In this document: piece by piece, positions 50,386-64,000 of the stretch
Layout: each line of letters starts with the position of its first letter
Numbering within the stretch: position 1 is the stretch's first letter
From: Octopus vulgaris
Lineage: Eukaryota
Direction: 5' to 3'
Length of the DNA: 64,000 nt
Assembly (NCBI GenBank): GCA_951406725.2
Contig: OX597824.1
Coordinates: forward strand, 64,542,001-64,606,000
Translations under genes and position numbers: made by a program
Notes under the pieces: model-generated
What the model was told of the DNA's origin: nothing
What the model saw: the letters and a program-made list of their open reading frames with translations, nothing else
Databases searched by the model: none

Positions 50386-52737
50386 ACACCAACCACTCTG
50401 AGAGTGTAATGGGTGCTTTTATATGCTACTGGCATGGGAGCCTTTTGTGTGACACCAGTATCTACCATGACAGCAATTTTACTGGGCTTAATGAGTCTTC
50501 TTCTCAAGCATGATATAATGCCGAAGGTCTTGCTTAGGATACTGTACAGTGGGATGAAACACAGAACCTCATGGTTGCAATACACATTTCTTAAACATAC
50601 AGCCATGCTCTGATAATTCAACAATATTATCTGAATCATGAAGGTCTCAAGCTGGCAGAAATGTTAGCCCGTTGAGCAAAATGCTTAGTAGTATTTCATC
50701 TGTCTTTACATTCTGAATTTAAATGCCACCAGGATCAACTCTGCCTTTCATCATTTTGGAGTCAATAAAATAAATATCAACACTAGGGTCAATGTAATCA
50801 ATTTACTCCTTACCCTGAAATTGCCAGCCTCGTATCAAAATTTGATTGAATCATACTTGCATCCAATTGGATAAGTGTGAAGATATTTCTCTAAAATCCT
50901 TAACTTTTAGTAGTTTAGCCCCGGGTCAGCTTTGATCAAGCAGACCAAATTCTTAATATAGTCTGTCTTAGGAAAGGCCATTCTTCATATTAAGTGAGCA
51001 GATTCTTAGATAAGATTCCAAAACACAATAGATTTATTTGAAGAATGGATAAATAGGTTAAACACATATATTAACCCTTTTGATACAACATTTCTGTTAA
51101 TTTTAATAATTCTTTTTTTCTTTAATTTCTTTTATTTGTTCCAGTCATTTGACTATGGTCATGCTGGAGCACCACCTTTAGTTGAGCAAATCGACCCCAG
51201 GACTTATTCTTTGTAAGCCTAGTACTTATTCTAGGCCAAACCACTAAGTTACGGGGGACGTAAACACACCGGCATCGGTTGTCAAGCGATGTTGTGGGGA
51301 CAAACACAGACACATATACACACACATACATATATATATACATATATACGACAGGCTTCTTTCAGTTTCCGTCTACCAAATCCACTCACAAGGCTTTGGT
51401 CAGCCTTGCCCAAGGTGCCACGCAGTGGGACTGAACCCGGAACCATGTGGTTGGTAAGCAAATTACTTACCACACAGCCACTCCTGCGCCTAACTGAAGA
51501 ATATATGAAAATAACTTTACTATTATTAAGCAGGTGTCTGAAAACATAAATTAACATGGAAGATTTTAATTTATATCACTTTAATACAGGAAGTTAGTAT
51601 CATATAACCATTGCCAGTTTCATGTAGTTTGTTATAAAAAGCTTTAAAGAAACTTACATTAAAGGCCTTTCTCTTTCTACTTTTGGTGGCTGTTGATGTT
51701 ATTCTTAAAGTTGTTGCTGTTGTTGTAGTTATTGTATAACCACAGGTAAGGTTTTCTTTCCAGACTTTATGTACTCTAAACTACACTGTATGTTCCAATG
51801 TCACTATTTTTTCTGTGATGGTAGGATTTAATTTGAGGACAATTTGGGTGTTATTTCCAGTAAAACAAACAACCACATACAGGTCTAATTTTTCTCTTGT
51901 CTTTTTGTTGTTGCTGTCTTTTTTTCTTTGTAAATAGTTATATTAAATTGAGACGGGTGAAATATTGTGATGTGATAAATTTAATTATGTAATGTAATTC
52001 ACTTGTCATTTAACTCTAAGCGAATATTCATTTAGAGAGAAAGAGAGAACTACGAAGATCAGAAACGTTCCAGCCATGACCATCCCGGACTTTTTCTTGG
52101 GCACACATTCTAACTACCTTATCAAATAACATTTTTCCTTTATGAAGAAGGTAGTGTGAGTCAAGTGATTTGGCTGCTGTTTTTAGCAAAGTTTTTGATT
52201 ATGAACAGAGTTCCTCCTTGACTCATAATTTCGTGTAACAGAGCAGAGTGTGAAATTTAGTAATGTAGTAGTTTAGCCCCGGGTCAGCTTTGATCAAGCA
52301 GACCAATGATCAAATGGCAATCTCACAATGACCATCTTGTCTTTTTTAGTATTTCAGACACAGTGTCCCAAAGACCACAATATCCAGTGTGTCTTTTCTT
52401 CTTTTTTTAAAGACCCAGCAGTATGATTTGAGGAGATTTGGCTGTTATTTCTAGCAGGTTGACTGACCATGCAGTGGCTCCCTCACCAACTTGTTGCAAA
52501 TAAAATCCTGACTAAGCAGACTTATGATCAAAAGTATACCAGCTTTGACCATCCTGTCTCTATTCCTATGTGCAGGAATCCCAGAGCCACATAACCTTAC
52601 CCAACATATCCTTTGAAGATAGCAAGGAGTGATTTAGAAGAGATTTGCTGTTATTTCTAGCAGCTTAAGTGACCGTGAAGAGGTTCCCTCAGCTCATTGC
52701 TGGCCCGTATAGAAAGTAAAGTGGTCAATAGTCTTAC

Positions 52738-52930
52738 CATAATTTAATGATGTAAGAATGCAGTGGAACACTTCCAATATTTTTAAGTTGACAAAAACAG
52801 CTTACGTCTCTGGACCATTACTTATTGCAATATTACGATTGTTCGATCTTCTGTTTTTTCAATTTGTAGAAGTGTAATCCTTTAGTCTTCTGTTTTCTCT
52901 CACACTCTCTCTTTCTCTGCACCGTGAAAA
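52738..52930 (-). other. Putative first exon (5'UTR + ATG only) of the Macro-TIR gene; upstream boundary uncertain
   Basis: The minus strand reads ...ATG|GTAAGAC at 52740-52731 in non-repetitive sequence; phase 0 fits the acceptor at 32772 (M-ETATMVLK). Confidence 0.35.
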
Positions 52931-55900
52931 GGCAGGAATGTTGCTACCATGTTGTTGTAAATAGTCTTTAGGAATGTATGTGAGTGAATGTGTGCTATGT
53001 ATGTATATACGTACGCACATGTATTATATATATATATATATGTATATATAAATGTATGTATTATATGCCTGTGTGAGAGTGTGTGAATGTAAGGTATTTT
53101 ATGAGAAGCGGGGGAAATATTAAGTTAGGAAAGCTTAAAAATACTATATTTTAGTGTTACTGAGTTTTGTTTTGCTTTAGTTATTGTTTAACCCTAGGTC
53201 AAACCCTTATAAAGCCAACCTATGAACCATGGTCATCCAGACCTTTTTTTCTATAAGTACAACAGTAAGATAGCAACAACCTGGTAGTATCTGTTCTGGC
53301 TCATTGCACACTGAGTTCAAATCCCGCCAAAGTCAACTGTATCTTTCATTATTTCTGGGTCAATAAAGAACCAGTCTAGCAACGAAGGTAATTATTCTTC
53401 TCATTTTTTCTTTTTTTTTTTTTTTTTTCCGTTTGGAAGATTTTGGCTGTATTCAAGCGAGAAGAGGGATGAGTTCCACCAGGCTTAAAATGCGCAAAAC
53501 ATGCACTACATCATAAGAGTTTCCACTGACACCATCAGAAGTTGATGGTTCGAGGGAAAGAATGGACTACAAAATAGTAGAGCTGATATTTTGGGAGACA
53601 GAGATTTGGCTGCTTTTTCTAGCAGTTTCGTAATCCTATGTTTTTCCCCCTCACCAAAGATATTGACACTTTCACGTTCGGTTGCCGACGAGTCGGAAGC
53701 AACAGGAATGGATTTGTCGCTCACATTTTAGTAGTTCTAACTGTGAATTATAGTAGTTCCAATAGTAGTTGTTGTTGTTGTGGTGGTGGTGGTGGTGATG
53801 TTGGTGTTGGTGGCAGTGATGTTAAAGCCGGTCCAACATCAGATGATGATGATAATGACGATAGTGATGATGATGATATTATTATTAGTACTATTATGAT
53901 TATAACAATAATAAAAATATTGAAATGTGCATATTATCCATATTGTTCTTCTGATTGCTAATGTAAACGTTCGCAGTGTTGTATAAACAGACTGACTTTT
54001 GGCAGAGTACATGTGTTTGTGTGTGTGAGAGAGAGAGAGAAGGAATAAGACTAGCTAGAAGAGAGGGCTGTGGTGAAAGTGGAAGAATTAGATAGTGGAG
54101 GGTAGAAATAAAAGTTTGGGTTCAGTGTGAGATAAGAGAAGAAAGGGAGAGTGACAAGATATGGGAGAGAGATGAAGCGCTGGAAAAAGAATAAGAAGAG
54201 TAAAGGAGGTGGAGGAAAAGTTGAAATACTTGGAAGGAGAGAGGAATAGAAGGGAGAGAGAGAACAAGAAAAAGGAGAGTTGGTAATACAGAGAGGGAAA
54301 GGGGGAAGAGCGAAGTGAGTAACAAGAAAGGAGGGGAAAGAGTTTGAGTGAGAGGAGAAAAAAGTGGGTGGGTAGAGGGAGAGAAAAAGAAACGCAAAAT
54401 AGAATAAGAATGAAAGGAGAACAAGCCCAAAAGCTAAAAATTGTTTTTAAAAAAACAACAATGAAAAATGAAAAAAAGTGAAAGAAAGAAAGATAGAAAG
54501 ACAGAAAGAAAGAAAGAAAAGATAATCTATTCAGTACTGAGTCATAAATATGTTCTTAATACAAGCATAAAGTTGTTTTTGAAGTCACATGGGCCGGCCT
54601 TATACACAGACATTCAATTTATAAAGGCTTCTCACAAAATAACCACCTTGCTCACAGCTACACTCTGTAACCTTTTAGTAAACTTTCTACAGACCATTCA
54701 TGTTTATTACTTGGACAAAATAGTAGTTTCGTTATCAGTAAAATACTTAATGTAGTGAATATACTAAAACCTCTAATTAGAAATATTTCATGTTGTGAGA
54801 AAGTGATGTTACTTTAAAAACTAAAATTATTTAGGCATGGCTTTGTGGTAAGAAGTTTGCTTCCCAACCACATGGTTCCAGGTTCAGTCCCACTGCTTGG
54901 CACCTTGAACAAGGGTGTTTTACTATAGGCTTAGGTTGATCAAAGCCTTGTGAGTGGATTTGGTAAACAGAAACTGAAAGTAGTTTGTCAAATATGTGTG
55001 TGTATTTACATGTATGTGTCTTTGTGTCTATGTTTGTACCCCCACCATCACTTGACAACTGATGTCAGTGTGCTTATGTCCCTGTAACTTAGCGGCTCGG
55101 CAAAAGAGACCGATAGAATAAGTACTAGGCTTACAAAGAATAAGTCCTGGGATTGATTTCTTTGACTAAAAACCCCTTTAAGGTAGTGTGCCAGCATGGT
55201 TGCAGTCAAATGACTGAAACAAATAAAAGAATAAAAGAATATATTTTTTTAAGTTTTAAGAAGGTAACACATCTCAAGACATGTTTCAGTCTTATTAAAC
55301 ATCCTCGATGAAGTATAGACTTTCTTAACAAAATAGTAGTAGTAGATCCACATTGTTCAGACCATCTTCCTTTTTTATGGCTACATTTTATAATTCAATA
55401 TCTCTACAACTCATGGACGTGCCTAAAAGAAATTTAAAAAACAGCACTGCACCCTTGACTTTCAGAAACATTTTCCATGCTCAGAATTGTTGAAGCATGG
55501 AATGCACTACACAATCAGCTGTTAGCTGCAAGGACACTGCATTGAAAATTCTATACTTTCTGAAATTCACCTACACTACTCCTGATGTGCCTATGCATAT
55601 TTTCCTCCTCATTGCCCTTTTGCTATTCACTTTTCTGTCTTTTCGTGCTTTATCCTGTGTACTCTGTATGTACTTGTAGCTTTCGTTACAGTCTTTCTTT
55701 TAGTTAACTTACATCTGCTTCCTGTCTCCTATTTTACCCTTTTCCCAACAAGCTTAAGGCACCTGAGCACAATAAGCTCTTTATTAGTGTTATTATAAAG
55801 GCAGTGAGCTGGCAGAATCATTAGCATGCCGGGCAAAGTGCTCAGCAACATTTCGTCAGTGTTAACATTCTGAGTTCAAATTCTACCAAGGTTGATTTTG

Positions 55901-57934
55901 CCCGCCCTCCTTTAAAAGTCAATAAAATAAGTACTAGTTGAGCACTGGGGTCGGTGTAATTGATTTACCCCTGCTTCCCTGAAGTTACTGGCCTTGTGTT
56001 AAAATTTGAAATTACTATTATTATTATTATTATTATTATTATATAGTGGTTGGCGTTAGGAATGGCATCCAGCTGTAGAAACATTGCCAGATAAGACTGG
56101 AGCCTGGTGCAGCCTTCTGGCTTCCCAGATCCCCAGTCGAACCGTCCAACCCATGCTAGCATGGAGAACGGACGTTAAACGATGATGATGATGATTATTA
56201 TTATTATTAAGGCAGTGAGCTGGCAGAATCGTTAGCATGTCAAGTGAATTGCTTAGCGATATTTCGTCTGCCACTATGTTCTGAGTTCAAATTCCGCCGT
56301 GATCAACTTTGCCTTTCATCCTTTCGCGGTTGATTAAATAAGTACCAGTTACGCAATGGGGTCGATATAATCGACTTAATCCATTTATCTGTCCTTGTTT
56401 GTCCTCTCTGTGTTTAGCCCCTTGTGGGTAGTAAAGAAATAGGTATTTCGTCCGTCAAATTTCACCAGGGTCAACTTTGCCTTTCACCCTTTCAGAGTCG
56501 ATTAAATAAGTACCAGTACCCTTCCCCTGAAACTGCTGGCACTGTTACCAAATTTGAAACCATCAACATCGTTCCTCAGAAAACATCTACAGATTGCTAT
56601 TGCTGCTGTTGTTGTTGTTACTGCTTCTGATGCTGTTGTTAAGACTACATTTCAGTTGGTATCTTCTATTTTTTACTTGCCATATTATGGCACCACCTTG
56701 AAGGGTTTTAGTTGAATGAATCCACCCCAGTACTTATTTTTTCCTTTTTAAGTTTGGTACTTATTCTATCAGTGTGTTTTTCACTGAACCACTAAGTTAA
56801 AGGGACGTAAACACACTAACACCAGTTGTCAAGTGGTAGTGGGAAAGAAACACACACACACACACACACACACATGGTGACCACTCTGCACATGTTTAAT
56901 TCTAATTAGACCTCTTCAGTGAAACAGTCTTAACGATGCTGTTAGACCTTAAGATGATTTATATAAAGATACTTAATGAATAATCAGTGATGGATTTGGC
57001 TACTAAAAAAAAATGATTGGAAATTATACTGCAGAGAAGTTATACTGCAGGGATAACTCCAGCATGAGAAAAACAAACAGCAGAATCAAATAAAACAGAA
57101 TGTGTCATGAGTGAGTGTCATTTTTATAACATACATGCTGGATGTAAAAAAACACCTGTCCTGATGCCACATAAAAAGCACCTGTGCTGGTGCTACATAA
57201 AAAGCACCTGTGCTGGTGCCACATAAAAAGCACTTGTGCTGGTGCTACATAAAAAGCACATGTGCTGGTGCCATGTAAAAAACACCCATACAGGTACCAT
57301 GTAGAAAAGCACCCATGCTGGTGCCATATAAAGGACATCCAGTACACTCTGTAAAGTAGTTGGCATTAGGAAGGGCAATAAGTCATAGAAACCATGCCAA
57401 AACAGATAACTGGAGCCTGAGCAGCTCTCTGGCTGACCAGCTCCAGTCAAACCATCCAACACATACCAGCAAGGAAAATGGACATCAAATGATGATGATG
57501 ATGATGATGATGCATGGCTCATGAGAGAGATTTCAATTGGTACATTGATCTGAATCCTGTGAATATTTGAGGGGCCTTTTTCTGAAAAAAAAACCCCATC
57601 ACAGAACCCTTGCATTTTGAGAAAACACCCCCACCTCTACCCTGGGCTCTGAAAGCATTCTTGGAGGTCCTGCATGACTGCTTGACAATCCCATTGATGT
57701 TATCTACATTCCAATGAAAGAGCTTTGTTTCTAGGTTAGAAACTGGCTCCTCTACCCTTGGTGAGAAATTCTAAAAATAAAGTCAAAACAAAATAGAACA
57801 AAACATAACAATAAAGCATGCATACACATAAAGATATATAATACATATACTCACACATACATATATACTCATACACACACACACAAACATACATACACAT
57901 ACATATTGTATACATACCTATATATGTATGTATG

Positions 57935-59572
57935 TATAATAATAATAATAATAATGAAATTATTGTATACAGTGCTCAGGTGCACCACAACATGTCAGAA
58001 AGTGCATATAAAGTACATGCAGTAATGTAGAAATGTCTGGAAAGCGAACAATGTATGAGTCAGATACATGCTTGTGTGTGTATGGAGGGGAGAAAATCAA
58101 GTGTAGTGTTGGCGAATCTCAGGAAGCATGGAAGTTTTGAAGGATGCAGTGCTCCGACAACTAACAACTGATGCCGGCAGTTTGTTCCATGCTTCAGCAA
58201 CTCTCAGCGTGAAAAAATGTTTCCTGAAGTCATGGGAGCTGTGCTGTTTTCTTACTTTGTAAATATGTCCACGGGTGTTAGATGGGTGGAGTTTGAAAAG
58301 GTGCTCAGAGTTATTGTTTGTACGATGGTTGATAATTTTATGGGTGTCTGCCAAGTCAGCTGCCAGACGTCGGAGTTTCAATGTGTCCATGCCCAGGGAA
58401 GTAAGGCGTTCAGGATATGGCAAATGCCTGATGGAGGGTATTCTTTTGGTTGCACGTCGCTGAACAGCTTCCAGACGATTGATATCCTGGGCAAGATAGG
58501 GGTTCCAGACCGGTGATGCAAATTCCAGGTGAGGTCTTACCATAGCTATATAAAGCCGCAGATAGATAGCCGGAGAGCGGCTCACAAAGGATTTGGTGAG
58601 TGATGCCAAGACACCCTCAGCCTTCTTGACAATTTTAGCGATGTGTTTTGTCCAACGCAAATCACTGTCGACAATAACACCCAGGTCACGTTCACATGAA
58701 GACTTTTTGAGACTAGTGTTGTGGAGGGAGTAGGTGGACGCTGGGTTTCTCCTCCCAAAATGCATGGTGGTACATTTGTCCACAGCCAGCTTGAGTTGCC
58801 AGTCCATGATCCACTGCTGCATTGTGTCCAGGTCTGCTTGCAATAGAGATCTATAGTGTACAGGATTTGACCTCTTTATTTCGAGGTACAGCTTGATGTC
58901 ATCTGCATATTTCAGCACTGTGGCATTCTTTAAGTTGGCATCTATGTCATTAACATATGCAACAAATAAAAGGGGGCCAAGAACAGATCCCTGTGGTACA
59001 CCAGATGTCATCTCATAGGGCGAAGAGTGCTGTCCTAGAACTGTGACAACCTCTTTTCGGCTGAAAATAAAGGACTTCAACCAGTTATAGAGTTCGTCTC
59101 TTACACCCAACGCAGAAAGCTTCACCATAAGTCTTTTGTGTGGCACAGAGTTAAAAGCCTTAGCAAAGTCCAGGTAAACAACATCCACCCAGGATCCGCG
59201 ATCAGTGATTTGGCTAACGTCCTCAAGAAACTCGATGAGTTGATTACAGCAGCTGGAGTTAGGAATAAATCCGAATTGTGACGGCTGGATGAGGCTGTGA
59301 GACTTCCAGAAGTTCCAGAGGGTTTCTCTGATACAGGATTCCATCAGTTTGGAGATGCAGCTAGTAAGACTGACGGGGCGATAGTTGGCAGGCGATGTGC
59401 GGTCGCCTTTTTTGAACAGAGGGATGACACTGGCAGTTTTCCACTGTTCTGGAGTAACACCATTGTCAAGACAGAATTGGAAGAATAGAGAAAGTTGGCT
59501 TAGAAGAAAGTACCCACCGCGTTTGAGAAGTAGGTATGTAACACCATCGAGACCAGGAGAGGCATAATTGCG
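57935..59572 (-). mobile_element. 5'-truncated CR1/L2-type LINE with an uninterrupted RT ORF and (ATT)n tail
   Basis: SPGLDG, NYRPVSLTS, YLDFAKAF, GVPQGSVLGPLLF, YADD and ERDLGV motifs; stop at 58097; an older degraded relative lies at ~55430-55790(+). Confidence 0.93.
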
Positions 59573-59807
59573 TTTATGTATGTATGTATGTATGTATATG
59601 TATACACACAGATATGCATACACAAACACATACATGTACATATACATACACAAATATATATATATATACATATATATATATACACACACATACATATCTA
59701 CATACAGACATACATACATGAGAGGTAGAGAAAGAGAAGGAAAGAAAGAGTGTGTGTGTGCATGCACATGCCATAAAGCAATCAAGACTGCATGAGCAAC
59801 AACCACA

Positions 59808-59841
<34 letters not shown>

Positions 59842-60359
59842 CTGCTGCTACCATATTGTTATATGAACTTTACAAGAGGGCAAGCCAGTTCAATGTCATA
59901 TATACATATATATACACATAAAATAGCACAGAGTTTTCAAAAACCAGTGGATTGTGTAATAAAATTCAGCTCCAACTGGTTACACCAACAATAGTGTAAC
60001 TGATGTTCAGGCAATCTGATGGGCTGGCTTTCTTTATTTGCATTAATTTGTGAATTGTATAACGCTGAGCATACATATCAAAGCAACCATGAGTGCATAG
60101 TTCCTGTCATGCATGAAATTAATACCACTTTCTCTTTACTCTTTTACTTGTTTCAGTCATTTGACTGTGGCCATGCTGGAGCACCGCCTTTAGTCGAGCA
60201 AATCGACCCCAGGACTTATTCTTTGTAAGCCTAGTACTTATTCTATTGGTCTCTTTTGCCGAACCGCTAAGTTACGGGGACGTAAACACACCAGCATCAG
60301 TTGTCAAGCAATGTTGGGGGGACGAACACAGACACACAAATATATACACATACACATAC

Positions 60360-60408
<49 letters not shown>

Positions 60409-61387
60409 TATATACGATGGGCTTCTTTCAGTTTCCGTCTACCAAATCCACTCACAAGGCTTTGGTCAGCCCAAGGCTATAGTAGAAGACACTTGCCCAA
60501 GGTGCCATGCAGTGGGACTGAACCCGGAACCATGTGGTTCATAAGCAAGCTACTTACCACACAGCCACTCCTACGCCTACATGAAGTTTTCAAAATGGTC
60601 ATAACCTTATCGAAGTCTCATCTGGTTAAATAAATATACTCCCCATGAAATAATTTCATCAATTTGATTTTCTGGTTTTACAGTTACATGGGCAGTCTAC
60701 ATAACACTTTGTAATTGTTTGCAATGTGGACTGGTAGCTGAGTCTGTAAGAGCTTTCTGTGGTACCCACATGATTCTCTGAATCCACATCATATACAACT
60801 CATTTATGCATAAGTGTGTGTATGTGTGTTTGTGTGCGTGCACACGAGTGTGCATTATTATTATTATTAAGGGTGGCAAGCTGGCAGAATGGACAAAATG
60901 TTTAGTGGCATTCCATCCATCTTTATGTTATGAGTTCAAATTCCACCGAAGTCAGCTTTGCCTTTCCTCCTTTAGGGTTGATAAAATAAGTACCAGCTGA
61001 GGACCAGGCTGATGTAATCAACTTACCCATTCCCCCAAACTTGCTGGCCTTGTACCAAAATTTGAAACTAGGTTCAAGTCCCGTGGCTATTACTGACAAC
61101 CTTTTCCATCACATAAGGGTAAAATACCCATTCTTTCAGCTGTTTTCACATTACTTTCTTCTTTGTATTATTATTATTATTATTAAGAGTGGAATGCTAG
61201 CAGAATTGTTAGCATGCAGAGCAAAATGCTTACATTTTGAATTCAAATTCTCCTGAGGTTGAATTTGCCTTTCATTATTTCAAGGTCGGTGAAATAGGTA
61301 CCAGTTGAGCACTGGGGTCAATTTAATCAACTAGCCCCCTCCCTAAAAATTTCAGGCCTTGTGCCTTTAGTAAAAAAGATTGTTATT

Positions 61388-61556
61388 ATTATTTAAAACA
61401 ATTTGATTCGGCCCTATGCAACACAAAGATTTGTAGGCTCATTCAAGGAACCTAGCTTGTCAGGCTCAGTTGCCTGAGCCCTAACAAGCTAAGTTCTTGT
61501 AATGAGCTTACAAAACTTTAGGTCGCATGGGGCCGAATCAAACTCTTTTAAATAAT
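61388..61556. repeat. Long imperfect palindrome (MITE-like)
   Basis: Arms TTTGATTCGGCCC...GGCTCAG and CTGAGCC...GGGCCGAATCAAA around a 4-nt loop at ~61469-61472. Confidence 0.85.
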
Positions 61557-61629
61557 GATGTAACTCCTAAAGGTATTGAGTGCCTCTTTCTTTCACTTGT
61601 CAACTCACTTATATATACATATATATATA

Positions 61630-63286
61630 TTATCATCATCATCGTTTAACATCCGCTTTCAATGCTAGCATGGGTTGGACGATTTGACTGAGGGCTGGTG
61701 AACCAGATGGCTGCACCAGGCTCCAATCTTGACCTGGCAGAGTTTCTACATCTGGATGCCCTTCCTAACGCCAACCACTCTGAGAGTGTAGTGGGTGCTT
61801 TTACGTGCCACCAGCACAGGGCCCAGTTGGGTGGTACTGTCAGCGACCTCACTCGAATGTTTTTACACATGCTACCAGCACAAGTGCCAGTAAGGCAATG
61901 TTGGCAACAATCACACTCGAATGGTGCCTTTTATGTGCCACTGGCATGGAAGCTGGTAAGCTGGTCTGTCAACGATCACACTGGTATGATGCTCTTTGCA
62001 CCCCACTAGCACGGATGCCAGTCATCGAATTTGATTTCGATTTCACTTGCCTCAACAGGTTTTCGCAAGCAGAGTTTAGTGTCCAAAGAAGGAAAAAGTA
62101 TGCATAAGTGGGCTGGTTACGCCCCTGGCATAGGCCACGAGGTTATGGTCTCATTTGGCTTGCTGGGTCTTCTCAAGCACAGCATATTTCCAAAAGTCTC
62201 GGTCACTAGTCATTTCCTTGGTGAGGCCTAAAGTTCGAAGGTTGTGCTTCACCACTTCATCCCAGGTCTTCCTGGGTCTACCTCTACCTCAGGTTCCCTC
62301 AACCGGGACTTTTTCACACAGCTATCCTTATCCATTCTTGCCACATGACCATACCAGCGCAGTCATCTCTCTTGCACACCACATCTGATGCTTCTTAGGT
62401 CCAACTTTTCTCTCAAGGTACTAACACTCTGTCAAGTATGCACACTGACATTACACATCCAGCGGAGCATACTGGCTTCATTCCTTGCAAGCTTATGCAT
62501 GTCCTCTGCAGTCACGGCCCATGCCTCACAACCATGTAGCATGGCTGTTCGTACACATGCGTCTACACACAGTCTACCTTTTACTCTGAACGAGAGGCCC
62601 TTTGTCACCAGTAGCGGTAAGAGCTCTCTGAACTTTGCCCAGGCTATTCTTATTCTAGCAGCTACACTTTCAGCGCACCCTCTCCCGCTACTGACTTGGT
62701 CACCTAGGTAATGGAAGCTATCAACTACTTCTAGTTTTCTCCCTGGAATGTGGTGGAAGTTGTTCTCTGCACATTTTCAGTGTTTATTGCTCCTGAGCAT
62801 CTGCCACATACAAAAACTATTTTCCCTGTTAGCCTTCCTTTGATATTTCTGCACCTTTTATGTGTCCATACCTTACACTGGGTACATCTAATAGAGTTTC
62901 TACCTACACCTTTTCTACAGATCGAGCAGGGCCGTCTACCTGAAGGGATTTGTGGTTTGCCTGCCTTCCTACTTATTGACTCCAAGGCCCTTCGATTCTA
63001 ATCCGTGTTTCCACACTTGAAACTTCTCCTCTATTTCTGAAAGTGACTCAGCAATTAGAGCAAGGTCGTCAGCATAGAGGAGCTCTCAGGGGCATCCTGT
63101 CTTGAATTCCTCCGTTATTGCCAGGAGGACTATGATAAATAGAAGGGGGCTAAGGACTGAACCTTGGTGGACCCCTACCTCAACCCGGAATTCTTCACTG
63201 TACTTGATGCCAACCCTCACCTTACTGACAGTGTCCCTGTACATGGCTTCCACAGCTCTCACTAACCATTCATCTATCCCTAGTTT

Positions 63287-63290
<4 letters not shown>
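61630..63290 (-). mobile_element. RTE-clade LINE 3' half (RT with PHD-like Cys insert), degenerate
   Basis: GVHQGSVLSPLLF, ELLYADD, PCSICRKGVGRNSIRCTQCKVWTHKRC and RIRIAWAKFRELLP; (GAT)n tail. Confidence 0.88.
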
Positions 63291-63335
<45 letters not shown>

Positions 63336-63419
63336 TAATAATGGTAGAAATTGATATTAATCAATTAAAACCAGTAGCCTAGCATATTAAAAATCCAAAG
63401 ATTAAAAATGTATGTATGT

Positions 63420-63518
63420 NNNNNNNNNNNNNNNNNNNNNNNNNNNNNNNNNNNNNNNNNNNNNNNNNNNNNNNNNNNNNNNNNNNNNNNNNNNNNNNNN
63501 NNNNNNNNNNNNNNNNNN
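63420..63518. other. Assembly gap (N run)
   Basis: Run of n. Confidence 1.
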
Positions 63519-63772
63519 NTGATAGTCTTAATGCAGTTTTGAAGGTAATGTTTCTTTGATTCCAGTAAAGTTATATTTGTCAAGTGCGAGTGTTGCAGCT
63601 GGCAATATTTTAGCCGGCTGATTTTTCGATTAATCCTTTTTATTTTTCTTATAAATCCTCTTCTGTTACATGGGAGCCTGTGTTTAATTTTGCTCATGGA
63701 CCGTAATGGTGTGTGGAGCGAACATATATTTTGGATAATGTCCACAAATAGCTTACAAGATGTATTGGAGTA

Positions 63773-63815
<43 letters not shown>

Positions 63816-64000
63816 GTTTTATAAATAAGTATCCGGACTGTTGCCATAGTAACAAAGCTAAAGTACGCTTGGCACAAATTGACTGTGCACTCTGCTGTGC
63901 ATGCACACTAAGATTTAACGCCCTAGCTCACTTCTACTGTTTACAGCAGTGCTGAGAAGGAACGTGTGTAGCGTGTGATCGTCGCATTGACCATGACATA

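Noticed and set aside
59573-59854. N-terminal extension of the 585-aa RT ORF
   Set aside because: Read-through into flanking microsatellite; the element is 5'-truncated at ~59572.

Overview
AT-rich, intron-rich animal genomic DNA; the tRNA-derived SINE families and microsatellite load look like Octopus (cephalopod), an inference. The main content is a minus-strand multi-exon gene rebuilt by hand from GT-AG splice sites. Twelve coding exons run from 32772 to 11503 with every intron phase consistent, and a possible ATG-only exon lies at 52738-52740. The ~990-aa product has an N-terminal macrodomain-like fold, three TIR domains that each keep a Glu at the catalytic position, an acidic low-complexity linker, and a polybasic + CaaX (CIIL) C-terminus. 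This combines, in one probably membrane-anchored protein, the TIR and macrodomain parts of the bacterial type II Thoeris system. The last two exons of an unidentified convergent plus-strand gene lie at 1384-1435 and 6780-7745. The rest is transposon-derived: mariner, Tc1, Helitrons, TTAA MITEs, RTE, CR1/L2, R4-like and Penelope-like elements, and many SINEs. One Penelope-like element has a canonical type I hammerhead ribozyme just upstream. There is also a 160-bp minisatellite, a long palindrome, an orphan exon fragment and an assembly gap at 63420-63518.
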